DNA from: an uncultured Rivularia sp.
GTDB lineage: Bacteria; Cyanobacteriota; Cyanobacteriia; Cyanobacteriales; Nostocaceae
Length of the DNA stretch: 64,000 bases
Assembly (NCBI GenBank): GCA_963665115.1
Contig: OY762007.1
Span: forward strand, 2,656,001-2,720,000
Reading direction: 5' to 3'
The notes below the pieces were generated by a model. The model had not been told where the DNA came from and made no database searches. It saw only the letters and a program-made list of their open reading frames with translations. Both the position numbers and the translations under genes were made by a program. How positions within the stretch are numbered: position 1 is the first letter of the stretch; every line of letters begins with the position of its first letter. Shown here piece by piece: positions 33,911 through 44,338 of the stretch.

Positions 33911-35257
33911 ATGTCGGCTTCTGTTATAACCGTAGAAATTAAACAAAACCTGCCCCACAAGTTGGTTGTTCGACGACCAAAGTCGGGGCTTTCTTTAAAT
34001 GGTAAGATTCGAGTCCCTGGCGATAAATCTATATCCCATCGGGCTTTGATGCTGGGCGCACTCGCTGAAGGTGAAACCCGGATTGAAGGATTGCTTCTGG
34101 GAGAAGATCCCCGCAGTACAGCCAGCTGTTTCCAGACGATGGGAGCAGAAGTAACGGAATTGAATACAGAATTGGTACGAGTTAAAGGTATTGGTTTGGG
34201 CAATTTGCTCGAACCCGTTGATATCTTAGATGCTGGCAATTCTGGCACCACATTGCGACTGATGTTAGGTATTTTGGCATCCCATGCGGGACGTTTTTTT
34301 ACCGTAACGGGGGATAGTTCCTTACGTTCGCGTCCTATGTCTCGTGTGGTTAAACCTTTGGAACAAATGGGAGCGCAAATTTGGGGAAGAGATAATAATT
34401 CTAAAGCACCCTTAGCGGTTCGCGGACAAAACCTCAAACCGATTCACTACCATTCTCCCATAGCTTCGGCCCAAGTTAAATCTTGCGTTTTGTTAGCTGG
34501 TTTATCTGTTGAAGGTAAAACTACCGTTACCGAACCAGCGCTGTCACGCGACCATAGCGAACGAATGCTACAAGCATTTGGCGCAAAGTTAGATATTGAT
34601 ACCGAAACTAACAGCGTTAGCGTGAATGGCCCGGTGAAATTATACGGCCAAAGCGTAGTAGTACCGGGAGATATAAGTTCGGCAGCTTTTTGGCTGGTAG
34701 CTGGTGCAATTGTATCAGATTCAGAATTATTAATTGAGAATGTTGGCATTAACCCGACTCGTACTGGTGTTCTAGAAGCTTTAGAAATCATGGGGGCTGA
34801 TATTACGCAAGAAAACGAAAGAGAAGTTGCGGGGGAACCCGTAGCCGATTTAAGGGTACGTTCGAGCAAACTTAAAGGCTGCACCATCGAAGGAGACATC
34901 ATCCCAAGATTAATTGACGAAATTCCTGTCTTAGCTGTGGCGGCAGTATTTGCCGAAGGTACTACTGTAATTAAAGATGCTGCCGAATTGCGAGTTAAAG
35001 AGAGCGATCGCATTACTGTAATGGCGAATCAACTTAACTCAATGGGAGCCAAAATAAACGAATTAGACGACGGCATGGAAATCACTGGCGGTACCCCCCT
35101 TACTGGTGCCGAACTTGACAGCTTTACCGACCATCGTATTGCCATGAGTTTGGCGATCGCTGCTTTGAATGCATCGGGTACAACCACCATTAATCGTGCG
35201 GAAGCTGCATCGGTTTCTTATCCAGATTTCTTTGAAACGATCAAAAGGATTATTTAA
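33911..35257 (+). CDS. aroA: 3-phosphoshikimate 1-carboxyvinyltransferase (EPSP synthase)
   Basis: [43 protein letters not shown]. Confidence 0.97.
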   Translation: MSASVITVEIKQNLPHKLVVRRPKSGLSLNGKIRVPGDKSISHRALMLGALAEGETRIEGLLLGEDPRSTASCFQTMGAEVTELNTELVRVKGIGLGNLLEPVDILDAGNSGTTLRLMLGILASHAGRFFTVTGDSSLRSRPMSRVVKPLEQMGAQIWGRDNNSKAPLAVRGQNLKPIHYHSPIASAQVKSCVLLAGLSVEGKTTVTEPALSRDHSERMLQAFGAKLDIDTETNSVSVNGPVKLYGQSVVVPGDISSAAFWLVAGAIVSDSELLIENVGINPTRTGVLEALEIMGADITQENEREVAGEPVADLRVRSSKLKGCTIEGDIIPRLIDEIPVLAVAAVFAEGTTVIKDAAELRVKESDRITVMANQLNSMGAKINELDDGMEITGGTPLTGAELDSFTDHRIAMSLAIAALNASGTTTINRAEAASVSYPDFFETIKRII

Positions 35258-35601
35258 TTAAGATGTAATAATTCTTATCCTCAGTATTGACTCAGGGTAA
35301 GAATTATTTTGAAGAAGTTTTCATTAATGTAAGAATTGGTTTAATAGCTGTTATAAATTTTTATTTTATTTATTAGTTATTTTTGTAAATCAAAATGAAG
35401 AATTATTTTAGGAATGGATATTAATTTAACTGTTAAGTTATAGGAATTTGTTTTCAACCGCCAGAGGTTGCAAACCCCTAGCTAATAGCGAAAGTCCATT
35501 TTAATGGACTAAAAATTTTTTAGATTATGAATAAATGCTTTTTATTTTTAAATTTTGGTAATAATTTATTACATATAAAATGTTAGAGATGAATTTAGAA
35601 A

Positions 35602-36312
35602 TCAAGTTACACGAAAACCAATTTGTGTACAGTAATGTTTAGCTTCTTGTTCAAGCTGTTCAATTTCATGATTCCATTGTTCAAGCTTGTTTTGGCGTTG
35701 TCGAAATTTATCTGGTGTCGGTTTTCCACCTGGTAAAGTCCCTGGGTTTGGTTGAATACCTTTTTCTTGAAGCCATTCACGACACAAAACTTGCCAAAGA
35801 TATTTATGATCGTGTGCTTCGCCACCAAGATAACGAATACGTTTAGCAGATAGATTAGAGTTACCGAAAAGAACCTGTTGATTTCTATGATTATTAGGAA
35901 ATAACCGCGTTTCGCTACCTCTCCCACGAAAAAATTCTACTACTAACCACTCACCAAAATCGAAAATGCAAACTTCTGTAATATCGCTTCCATCCTCTTG
36001 CAATAATACAATTGGGTATTTTTTAAGTATGAATTTGTTTTCATTCTGTAAATACCCACCACGGTTATTAGGTTGAAGATAGTTTTTTAACCACGAATAA
36101 AGCTGTTTTGATGGCTTTGCTTTTTTGTCCTGTGGTAATTTCTTTAATTTCGTTAAGTACTTAATCCCGTTTGCTGTTTCCCCACATTCCAAGTAAAAAT
36201 ATTTAAATAACGTGCAAATTTCGTAAGCTATGCCAACAAATAAAATAATGGCGATCGCCCAATGAAACGGTGTATCTTGCCAAACTATTTTCCAGACATT
36301 TGCTAAATTCAT
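35602..36312 (-). pseudogene. Probable chimeric relic: membrane-protein N terminus (ZorA-like) fused to an EH-signature (ZorC-like) C terminus
   Basis: N-terminal TM helix and YPIVL, followed abruptly by FDFGEWLVVEFF...HDHKYLWQ (E...H..WQ pattern). Confidence 0.5.
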
Positions 36313-36339
36313 GCAGCACCCCTTTTTTGATTATTTCGT

Positions 36340-36684
36340 TTACTTATGGCTAAATTTATTTATTTCTTCGGGTAAAAGAATCTCGTTTGTGACTCTTACG
36401 GGTAAATGATCCGCATCTTCGTATTTATCTACAGATTCTCGCAGCCGTAAGCCAAATTGTGGCTCACCTTCAGCCTGATAATCAATAGCTAAATAAACAT
36501 CGTTTGGTGCATAACTACGTAACAAACGCACCTGCAAACAGCTTTTTAAATCCCGCGATGAAGTAGATAGCGATGATTCCTTTCCGTATAAATTCCTTGC
36601 AACTTTCCATGCACAATTGATTGCTTTAATTTGCGTCACTAATTCTCTTAGTGAAGGATAAAGGAATTCATTGATATCACCCAT
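36340..36684 (-). CDS. Hypothetical protein, co-oriented directly upstream of the Zorya-like relic
   Basis: 114-aa ORF, 27 bp gap to the next gene. Confidence 0.65.
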   Translation of the reverse strand: MGDINEFLYPSLRELVTQIKAINCAWKVARNLYGKESSLSTSSRDLKSCLQVRLLRSYAPNDVYLAIDYQAEGEPQFGLRLRESVDKYEDADHLPVRVTNEILLPEEINKFSHK

Positions 36685-36908
36685 TTTTTATAAAATTTTT
36701 ATATTTGCTTCTAGTTATATAGTTCCCAGAAAAGGCTCAAAAATTAACTAATGTTGATAAAGAATGGCAATTGACTCAAAAAATCATGAAAAAAAGTGGT
36801 TGAAACTCTTTTAATTCAGCGCGAGATTTAGAGAGATATCAATATTTATCACTTTCATAACATTGATTAAGGAAAGGTTAGTGAGAATTTAGAAGTATAA
36901 CTAAATAT

Positions 36909-37289
36909 TTAATTAATCAAATTGTCTATATACTCACACACACCTTCAAAGTTTTTGAAAACTTGCTGATTTGTAAATCTAATTACTTGAAGTCCATAAC
37001 CTTGTAATATTAATGTTCTTTGTGAATCGTAAATTTTGGCTTCGTCTGTAAAATGGGTTTCACCATCAATTTCAATTACTAATTTTAACTTGGCACAATA
37101 AAAGTCTACTATAAAATTATCAATAGGTCTTTGTCGTAAAAATCTAATTTTTAATGTTTTTAAATAGTTGTTCCACAGCTTTTTTTCTGCTGGAGTCATG
37201 TTTTTTCGTAGTTCTTTTGCTTTTTCTATAAGTTTTGGGTTATAGGGTAAATGGTAAGCTGTTTTGATAAAGTTTTGCTCTCTCGTCAT
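36909..37289 (-). CDS. DUF559 (Vsr-like PD-(D/E)xK) endonuclease domain protein
   Basis: LRKNMTPAEKKLW, FLRQRPI, FIVDFYC, VIEIDGETH, RFTN. Confidence 0.9.
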   Translation of the reverse strand: MTREQNFIKTAYHLPYNPKLIEKAKELRKNMTPAEKKLWNNYLKTLKIRFLRQRPIDNFIVDFYCAKLKLVIEIDGETHFTDEAKIYDSQRTLILQGYGLQVIRFTNQQVFKNFEGVCEYIDNLIN

Positions 37290-37305
37290 TGCTCAATTCT
37301 CGGTA

Positions 37306-37506
37306 AGATCCCCCCTAACCCCCCTTTTTAAGGGGGGGAATGGAGTGTTTTTTGTAAACACAATATAAATATGTATTTTTTTTACAACCACAGTAAATTC
37401 ACTATTAATAAAAAAAGCCCCCCTTAAATAAGAGGGGTTGGGGGGATCTCACTACGATTGAAGCTAAAAAAAAGCCCCCCTTAAATAAGGGGGGTTGGGG
37501 GGATCT
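37306..37506. repeat. Three GC-rich REP-like palindromes (CCCCCTTAAAxAAGGGGG...GGGGGATCT), one inverted relative to the other two
   Basis: Copies at 37306-37338 (reverse), 37417-37449 and 37474-37506. Confidence 0.85.
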
Positions 37507-37510
37507 GGAT

Positions 37511-38830
37511 CTACCGATAATCTTGCCGCTGAATATCTCTCAATCTCGCGGCATCTCTCATTCCATAATCTGCACGAGCAAACCGATCTAACTGCATTTC
37601 AAAAAAGTCGCGATTCGCTTGTAAATGTTCGGGATTCTCATCATCTAAAGGATACAAAAGAGCAGTACGTAATGCTTGAATTACTGCCGATGTTACGTTA
37701 TACATCGAACGCTGAAAAGTAATTCCCAACTGAATTAACATATCATCTTGGCTGCGACAATATTTTTGATAATAATCAACTAAATATTGGGGTAAAAAAT
37801 GCATCATATCCTGCATTAATAATGTTGGGGGAATTCCTGCTGTACCAATAGGAAATACGTCAGCATAAAGAATTCCGTAATGAAAATCTGTTTGTTCTGA
37901 AGGTACTTGTTTTGCTTGAGCGTTATAAGATTTTGTCCCCCGGAAAGGAGAAGTACGATAAAAGATTGCCTCTACATAAGGTAGCGCTGCTTCATATAAC
38001 CATACAAAACCTTTTGATTTGGGAATTACTTCATAACACTCTTTGCCAACATAAACATGATGATAAATCGGACGACCTGCAACTGCAAAAATACCGTTAA
38101 CTAAAAAATCCATTGCTTCTGGTACGGTTGTCAGCTTTCCTTCGTCATACATATCCGACATTTCAAAGAAAACTGGTGCCATTACTTCCCAAAATAAACC
38201 CAAATTGGAATAATAAGAAGCTTGACGACACTGCTCTAAAAACATATCTGGGAATAGTTTATAGAGCAACTGCATCGGGGGATTGCCTTTAAAATAAGCT
38301 TTGATTGCTCTATGTGCATTTTGCTTATATTCTTCGGTGTCTAGATAATCATCAAACTTACCTAAACCCATATCTTTACCGTGCCAAAGCATAGCTCGCA
38401 TACAGGCTTCGGCAAATTCCATGTTGATTCTGTCATGAAATAGATGATGCCAGAACTTTGGCATTTCAGTAGTTTCGCCTTTTTCTATAAATTCTAAAAG
38501 TTCGGGATGTGCTTTCGCCGTACCGCGCCAAACTCTTAAATCGGCATCATCGCCAGCATAGTGATTATGTCGTTGCAAATACTCTTTGGGTAGGAAATAT
38601 TTAAAAAAGGGAAAAGGATTTAAAAATTCTCTTTCAGCAATATAAAGTAAATCGCGCCAATAAAAATCCATCGGTACGGCATATGCTTTATAAATACCGA
38701 TAATTTGCATCAAGTTATCTGGGTTATCAGGTAACATTGAGCCGCCTGCTTCTAAGCGGTGAATTATTTCTGCAAATTCGTGAGTTGATGGCGGTAGTTT
38801 TGCTGTTGTTTTATCGGGTGTTTGTACCAT
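37511..38830 (-). CDS. cupA: CO2 hydration protein CupA (ChpY)
   Basis: RLEAGGSMLPD, DRINMEFAEACMRAMLWH, PFRGTKSYNAQA; downstream of ndhF3-ndhD3. Confidence 0.95.
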   Translation of the reverse strand: MVQTPDKTTAKLPPSTHEFAEIIHRLEAGGSMLPDNPDNLMQIIGIYKAYAVPMDFYWRDLLYIAEREFLNPFPFFKYFLPKEYLQRHNHYAGDDADLRVWRGTAKAHPELLEFIEKGETTEMPKFWHHLFHDRINMEFAEACMRAMLWHGKDMGLGKFDDYLDTEEYKQNAHRAIKAYFKGNPPMQLLYKLFPDMFLEQCRQASYYSNLGLFWEVMAPVFFEMSDMYDEGKLTTVPEAMDFLVNGIFAVAGRPIYHHVYVGKECYEVIPKSKGFVWLYEAALPYVEAIFYRTSPFRGTKSYNAQAKQVPSEQTDFHYGILYADVFPIGTAGIPPTLLMQDMMHFLPQYLVDYYQKYCRSQDDMLIQLGITFQRSMYNVTSAVIQALRTALLYPLDDENPEHLQANRDFFEMQLDRFARADYGMRDAARLRDIQRQDYR

Positions 38831-38913
38831 TTTTAGTTATTAGTTGATAGTGGTTAGTTGTTGTTGATTAATTGTTTTTATTATTTATTTTTTTGGATAT
38901 TGTTGAGTAAAAA

Positions 38914-39065
38914 AACCGCAGAGACGCAGCGTTAGCGGCTAGCGAAGCGTACCGTAGGTATTGCGTGTCCGTAAGGACATACAGTGTAGTCTTGGGGGGG
39001 GGTTTCCCCCATGTAAGCGGAGCTTTCTCGTAGAGTACAACTTTTCAAGAGAGAGAGCGCAGAGG
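38914..39065. mobile_element. AACCGCAGAGACGC..GAGAGCGCAGAGG repeat expanded by ~120 bp of nested micro-element insertions
   Basis: Contains G[TTAGCG(GCTAGCGAAGCGTACCGTAGGTATT)GCGTGTCCGTAAGGACAT]A at 38931-38981; uninterrupted copy at 42960-42987. Confidence 0.75.
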
Positions 39066-39109
39066 AAGAAGGGTAAGGAGATAAGGGATAGTCCAAAATC
39101 TAAAATTTT

Positions 39110-39170
39110 CTAACTCCTAACTACTTACTCCTAACTACTTACTCCTAACTACTTACTACTCCCTACTCCC
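39110..39170. repeat. Tandem 14-mer repeat (CTAACTACTTACTC)
   Basis: About three copies between cupA and ndhD3. Confidence 0.8.
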
Positions 39171-39173
39171 TTT

Positions 39174-40676
39174 TTATTTATTTAGCGCTACTTGTGGAGT
39201 TAAGTTTTTTTGAATAGCAGGAACATGGGCAACCATTTGAGTAGTTGTGGGTTCGCTCCAACGCACTAACCAAGTGGGTTGTAATCCCAAAAGTACAATT
39301 ACACCTGCTAAAATAAATGCTGGCATTTTCTCGTGCCAGAAAACTTTGGGATAGTAAGCTAAGTCGTTGTCGAGTTTGCCGAAACAGGTACGGTTAAGCA
39401 GAATTACGAAGTAAACCGCTGTTAAACCCGTAGCGACGACACATAATATTGTTTGAATCGGAAAGACGGGAAAGCTACCTTGGAATGCAATAAATTCCGC
39501 TATAAACCCGGTCATACCGGGAATTCCAGCGCTAGCCATACCACCTAACACCAGTAAAGCGCTAATAACTGGTAAACCTCGTACTGGACTCATTAAACCA
39601 TTAAGCTTATCTAATTCGCGGGTTCCAACTTTGGCTTCTACAACTCCTACTAAATGGAAAAGAATAGCCAAAATTACACCGTGGCTGAACATTTGGGAAA
39701 CCGCACCCACTAACGCTAATGGTGTACTTGCAGCGGCTGCTAACAGGATGTAGCCCATGTGACCGATAGAACTATATGCCACCATCCGCTTGATATCTTT
39801 TTGCGCGATCGCCGTTACTGCCCCATACATGGCGCTGATGGCTCCCCAAATTGCCAGAGTTGGAGCAAAACTACTCCAAGCGTCGGGGAATAAACCCAAT
39901 CCAAACCTTAATAAACCGTAGGTTCCCAGTTTTGCTAAAACTCCACCCAAAAGAATCGCCACGGGTGTGTTTGCTTCTACATAAGCATCGGGCAACCATG
40001 TATGTAAAGGTATTAAAGGTATTTTTATACCAAACCCTAGTACTATTCCCGCTAGTAAAATTATTTGCAACGTTGCAGATAAAGTTTGAGTAGAAATAGC
40101 ATCATAATCGAAACTAGAGGAACCGGAAAGCCAAGTTATACCCAAGAAACTTGCTAAAATTAAAGCTCCAGAAACAGCCGTATAGATCAGGAATTTGATA
40201 CCCGCGTAACTACGTTTTTTTCCACCCCAAATCGAAATTAACAGATAAAACGGAATTAATTCAAGTTCGTAAAATAGGAAGAATAGCAGTAGATTCTGGG
40301 CTGCGAATGCACCTGCAACCCCACCGCTGACGAGTAGAATTAAAGAATAAAAAAGTCGGGGACGTTCAGTTTCTTTACTGCTAGTGTAAATAGCAATCCA
40401 GGTGAGGAGACTATTTAACAACAACATTAATATTGAAAGTCCATCAACACCTAATTTATAGCTTAAACCGAGAGTTTCATTCCAAGGAAGATATTCCTGT
40501 AACTGAATACTTGGATTATTGATATCAAATTGGAATAATATCAGCAGATTCCAAACAAGAGTAATTCCTGCAATTAATGCAGCACCCAAACGAATTCGAT
40601 TACTAGGAATTTTGGCGGGTAGCAAAGCAATTATCGCCGCTCCCCAAATAGGTATCCAAATTAAAGCGCTGATCAT
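39174..40676 (-). CDS. ndhD3: NDH-1MS subunit NdhD3 (NuoM-like)
   Basis: GIKIPLIPLHTWLPDAYVEA, DIKRMVAYSSIGHMG; lies between ndhF3 and cupA. Confidence 0.9.
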   Translation of the reverse strand: MISALIWIPIWGAAIIALLPAKIPSNRIRLGAALIAGITLVWNLLILFQFDINNPSIQLQEYLPWNETLGLSYKLGVDGLSILMLLLNSLLTWIAIYTSSKETERPRLFYSLILLVSGGVAGAFAAQNLLLFFLFYELELIPFYLLISIWGGKKRSYAGIKFLIYTAVSGALILASFLGITWLSGSSSFDYDAISTQTLSATLQIILLAGIVLGFGIKIPLIPLHTWLPDAYVEANTPVAILLGGVLAKLGTYGLLRFGLGLFPDAWSSFAPTLAIWGAISAMYGAVTAIAQKDIKRMVAYSSIGHMGYILLAAAASTPLALVGAVSQMFSHGVILAILFHLVGVVEAKVGTRELDKLNGLMSPVRGLPVISALLVLGGMASAGIPGMTGFIAEFIAFQGSFPVFPIQTILCVVATGLTAVYFVILLNRTCFGKLDNDLAYYPKVFWHEKMPAFILAGVIVLLGLQPTWLVRWSEPTTTQMVAHVPAIQKNLTPQVALNK

Positions 40677-40684
40677 AATTAGTT

Positions 40685-40740
40685 ATTGGTGATAATTGGT
40701 AATTGGTAATTGGTAATTGGTAATTGGTAATTGGGCATTG
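40685..40740. repeat. STRR (TAATTGG)n
   Basis: About six tandem taattgg units. Confidence 0.85.
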
Positions 40741-40765
40741 ATAACTACTCGCTGTTCACTGTTCG

Positions 40766-42634
40766 CTAATGACCGATCGCTGTTAACTGTAAAAACTCAT
40801 TTCCCCAATATTGCCAGGTAACAATCATTCCTAAAAGACCGACTCCTAAAAGTACGGTGAACATATAAAATTGAGTTTGTCCGCTGTTGCTGTATTTTAA
40901 ATTTTCACCGCCACCAAGGGATATTAAGCCAACTAAATTAACGATGCCATCAACCACAAAGCGGTCAACCATATCTGTTAATTTTGAAAGTAGATCGACA
41001 CCTAAAACAATACTTCCTCTGTATAGCCTTGGCGTATAAAAGTCATTAGCAAACAAGTCTTGTAAACCTTTCCAAGGGAAGCGCACGGGTTTGGGAATAT
41101 TGCCTAAATAAATCACTCCACCAATGCTACAACCGAAAATACTCGACCAAATTAATAACAGTGCAACATCTTGATTTACAGTTGCCCAAGTTGGTAAAAG
41201 CGATAAATTTTGCAATATTAAAGGCAGATGTAACACTAAACCAAATAAAATCATCATTGGTAGAGTCATTTGCCAGCTAACTTCGGGAGAACGTGCGCTC
41301 ATTGGTTTAGGTTTACCGCCCCAAACCAAGCCAAATTCTCTAGTTAAACTTACTGCTGTTAAAGCATTGACGGCTACTATTACTCCTACTAACCAAGGTT
41401 GCGTTGTCCATAACTGGGAAGCTAATTCTAGTAAAGCCCAAAAGCTACCTAAAGGTGGAAACGCAATTAGCCCCAAAAGCCCTACTATATAAGCGATTCC
41501 CGATATCGGACGACGCGACCACAATCCACCCAACTGCGTGATATCTTGAGTAATGCTGTTCCAAACGATTGTCCCCGTACTCATGACTAACAAAGCCGTA
41601 GCGCAAGCATGAGTAAGTACTAATAACAGCGCCGCTTCATTATGTTGCGTCCCTACAGCGATGAACACCAAACCCATATAGGTACTGACTGAATATGATA
41701 AACAGCGTTTGATATCAATTTGCGCGATCGCAATTAACGAACCACCAACCGCACTTACAACACCAATCCCTACCATTGCACTTGAAGCGATCGGCGATAA
41801 ATTCAAAACTGGTTGTAGTTTAATTAATACCCAAGCACCGCTCGCGACAACTACCGAATTCCGCAAAATGGTACTGGGAATCGGTCCTTCCATCGCTTCA
41901 TCCAACCATAAATGCAAGGGAAACTGAGCGCATTTACCCATCGGGCCAGTAATTAATGCTAAACATACTAACGTTATTACTGTCGGATCGACGTTAGCGC
42001 TAGCAGCCCATTCTGCTAAATCGTTGTAATTCCAGGTTCCAGTCAAAGGATATATTGCCAATACCCCCATCAACAAAAATAAATCTCCTATCCTTTTGGT
42101 TAAAAAAGCATCTCTAGCACCCGTCACCACCAAAGGCTGACTGAACCACAAACCAACTAATAAGTAAGTTCCTAAAGTTAAAACTTCCAGAATTACATAG
42201 CTAAAAAACAAGTTATTAGTTAAAGCTAGAGCGCATAAACCAGCTTCAAATAAACCGAGTAAGGAATAAAAGCGTCCCCAACCCCAATCCATTTCCATGT
42301 AACCGATAGCGTAAATCTGAGCTAATAAATTTAAGCCAGAAATTACGGTCATCGCTGCAACACTAATAGCAGATATTTCTAAATCTATGGATAACCTTAA
42401 ACCCGCAGTTTCCAACCAAGGTATAAATACTTCATAAGCTGGTTGATTCCAACTGATTGACAATGCAACCAAACTATGAGTGAACGCCAAAAACGTCATA
42501 ATTAAATTGAGATAACCCGCTGGTCTTGGCCCCGTTTTCCTAATAATTCCCGGCGACCAAGGGATAGCTAAAAGCCCGCCAATTAGGGAATATATAGGTA
42601 CTAACCAAACTGAATCTAGCAGAAATTGCGCCAT
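40766..42634 (-). CDS. ndhF3: NDH-1MS subunit NdhF3 (NuoL-like)
   Basis: IRKTGPRPAGY, GKCAQFPLHLWLDEAMEGP, DIKRCLSYS. Confidence 0.9.
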   Translation of the reverse strand: MAQFLLDSVWLVPIYSLIGGLLAIPWSPGIIRKTGPRPAGYLNLIMTFLAFTHSLVALSISWNQPAYEVFIPWLETAGLRLSIDLEISAISVAAMTVISGLNLLAQIYAIGYMEMDWGWGRFYSLLGLFEAGLCALALTNNLFFSYVILEVLTLGTYLLVGLWFSQPLVVTGARDAFLTKRIGDLFLLMGVLAIYPLTGTWNYNDLAEWAASANVDPTVITLVCLALITGPMGKCAQFPLHLWLDEAMEGPIPSTILRNSVVVASGAWVLIKLQPVLNLSPIASSAMVGIGVVSAVGGSLIAIAQIDIKRCLSYSVSTYMGLVFIAVGTQHNEAALLLVLTHACATALLVMSTGTIVWNSITQDITQLGGLWSRRPISGIAYIVGLLGLIAFPPLGSFWALLELASQLWTTQPWLVGVIVAVNALTAVSLTREFGLVWGGKPKPMSARSPEVSWQMTLPMMILFGLVLHLPLILQNLSLLPTWATVNQDVALLLIWSSIFGCSIGGVIYLGNIPKPVRFPWKGLQDLFANDFYTPRLYRGSIVLGVDLLSKLTDMVDRFVVDGIVNLVGLISLGGGENLKYSNSGQTQFYMFTVLLGVGLLGMIVTWQYWGNEFLQLTAIGH

Positions 42635-42860
42635 TTATTAACCTCTAAAAAATCATTAATATAAAATACGGCTATAGATTAATAACTAATAACCGTCTTG
42701 TGAAAATAGTATTTATAAAAATCAGTAAGATTAATATTTTGTAATCTTTCTTATTTATATATAGATTAGCCTTATATGCTTCAAAAAGGAATCACTTTGC
42801 TAGATAATTAAGCGATGTTAAGTCTAAGTAATTCTTATAGTTGTTATTGTAATCGTATCC

Positions 42861-42876
42861 ATAGATTTTTGTCTAT
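42861..42876. promoter_or_regulatory. Putative NdhR/CcmR (LysR) operator upstream of ndhF3
   Basis: ATAG-ATTTTTGT-CTAT = ATAG-N8-CTAT; weaker ATAG-containing site near 42761. Confidence 0.6.
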
Positions 42877-42959
42877 ACTAAGTAATCGCTCGACGAGGAA
42901 TGCAATTACCCACTCCTACTCTCTTCTCGCTTTAAGATTACCTATCTCTTTAACTCTTT

Positions 42960-42987
42960 CCTCTGCGCTCTCCGCGTCTCTGCGGTT
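42960..42987 (-). repeat. Uninterrupted AACCGCAGAGACGCGGAGAGCGCAGAGG dispersed repeat
   Basis: Reverse complement matches the flanks of the expanded copy at 38914-39065. Confidence 0.75.
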
Positions 42988-43103
42988 TTTAAATCGGTAA
43001 TCTTCTGACGGAATAGGAGTAAGCACAAATCATCTGAAGATTACTGTTTTATTTATTAGTACGGATACTGCCGTCTGACATTATTGTATTATAAAAAATT
43101 GCT

Positions 43104-43517
43104 TTATCGAGCGGAAGCTTCCTCAATATTGCAACCAGTTAGATCCGCATTAGTAAGATTTACACGATCCATACTGGCACCACTAAGATTTGCATTTACT
43201 AATTTTGCATTTGTTAGATTAGCACCAGTGAATTCACTAAATGTTAAAATAGCTTCACTTAAATCTGCTCCTTGAAGATTTGCAGAATATAAAATAGATA
43301 AGCCTAAATGTGCTTTTCTAAGGTTTGCGCTACTGAAATTAACTCCTTCTAAAATCATCTCAGCTAGAATTGAATTGCTGAAATTTACCTCTCTCAAATC
43401 AGCACCAGCTAGCTCGTCGCTTCCTTCGATAAAGGTGTTTGCAAAATTTCTTTCTCCAACAGCATAACGCTCAAGTATTTCCTCAACATCAATTACTTGT
43501 CTTTGTTCATTATCCAT
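43104..43517 (-). CDS. Pentapeptide repeat protein
   Basis: RYAVGERNF leader followed by A(N/D)LxX repeats. Confidence 0.85.
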   Translation of the reverse strand: MDNEQRQVIDVEEILERYAVGERNFANTFIEGSDELAGADLREVNFSNSILAEMILEGVNFSSANLRKAHLGLSILYSANLQGADLSEAILTFSEFTGANLTNAKLVNANLSGASMDRVNLTNADLTGCNIEEASAR

Positions 43518-43582
43518 TTTTTGGCATTCTTAGTAGTTGATACTTCAATCGCGAAACTGAGCCAGTAGTTTGAGTTTCATTG

Positions 43583-43727
43583 GGGAGCATCCCAATTTTA
43601 CAAAAAGCCTGCTGGTTATAAGCCTGGGGCTACATTTATAAAGCCCACGCAGGTGGACTTTGTTTGTATAGCCGCACCCTTCTAGGGTGTCGGGGTAAAA
43701 TATATGTTCCGGCATTGGGATGCTCCC
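43583..43727. mobile_element. Second MITE copy (GGGAGCATCCCAAT TIRs), opposite orientation to 10475-10653
   Basis: GGGAGCATCCCAATTTTA...ATTGGGATGCTCCC; shares TATAAGCCTGGGGCTA and AAGCCCAC..GTGG cores. Confidence 0.85.
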
Positions 43728-43789
43728 TTTGACAATTACTGCTTTCCTCGAAAACGTTTCGTGCCGTAACACACCCTACAATATAAATA

Positions 43790-44335
43790 CTAACTACCAA
43801 CTAACACTTCACCATTAAATTCAGATTTAATATAGCTGACAATTGTCTCTACATTTTCTAAACCCTTACCATAATCGATAATAGCTGTTGGAATAAATGG
43901 CGAACTTTTGATTTCAATTAATGTCTCATTATCCCCTAGACTTTGAGTTGATATTTTGATAACTTCACCAAAACTTCTCCACGTCATTCTTGTTTTGGCT
44001 TTGATAGTTCCTGTTGTTAAATCTTTCTCTTTTATAACAGCCCTATTTAGAGAAATAATTGCTTGTTCGCAAATTGGCATTAATTCGCTAATTGTGCTGT
44101 TGACGCTCATTTTGCGAGATTGACGAGGACTAGTATTACTTGTATCAATTCCTTTTTTATGTAATTTTTGGTCAAAGTAGTAGGAAAGCGCTGCCATTAT
44201 CAATCCAAATACAATACCTCCGATACAAGCACTTATCAAAGCAGTGTAAACGTTACCGAATTGGAAAGTATAAACTATACCCATCCAAACGCTGAAAAAT
44301 AGTGCTGATAAGAAAAATATCCTAATGTATTTCAT
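43790..44335 (-). CDS. Hypothetical membrane protein (two N-terminal TM helices)
   Basis: 181-aa ORF; C-terminal domain with TWRSFGEVI and IIDYGKGLENV. Confidence 0.75.
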   Translation of the reverse strand: MKYIRIFFLSALFFSVWMGIVYTFQFGNVYTALISACIGGIVFGLIMAALSYYFDQKLHKKGIDTSNTSPRQSRKMSVNSTISELMPICEQAIISLNRAVIKEKDLTTGTIKAKTRMTWRSFGEVIKISTQSLGDNETLIEIKSSPFIPTAIIDYGKGLENVETIVSYIKSEFNGEVLVGS

Positions 44336-44338
44336 CTC

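Noticed and set aside
33811..35013. Long antisense ORFs 33811-34437 and 34447-35013
   Set aside because: They are shadows of aroA on the opposite strand
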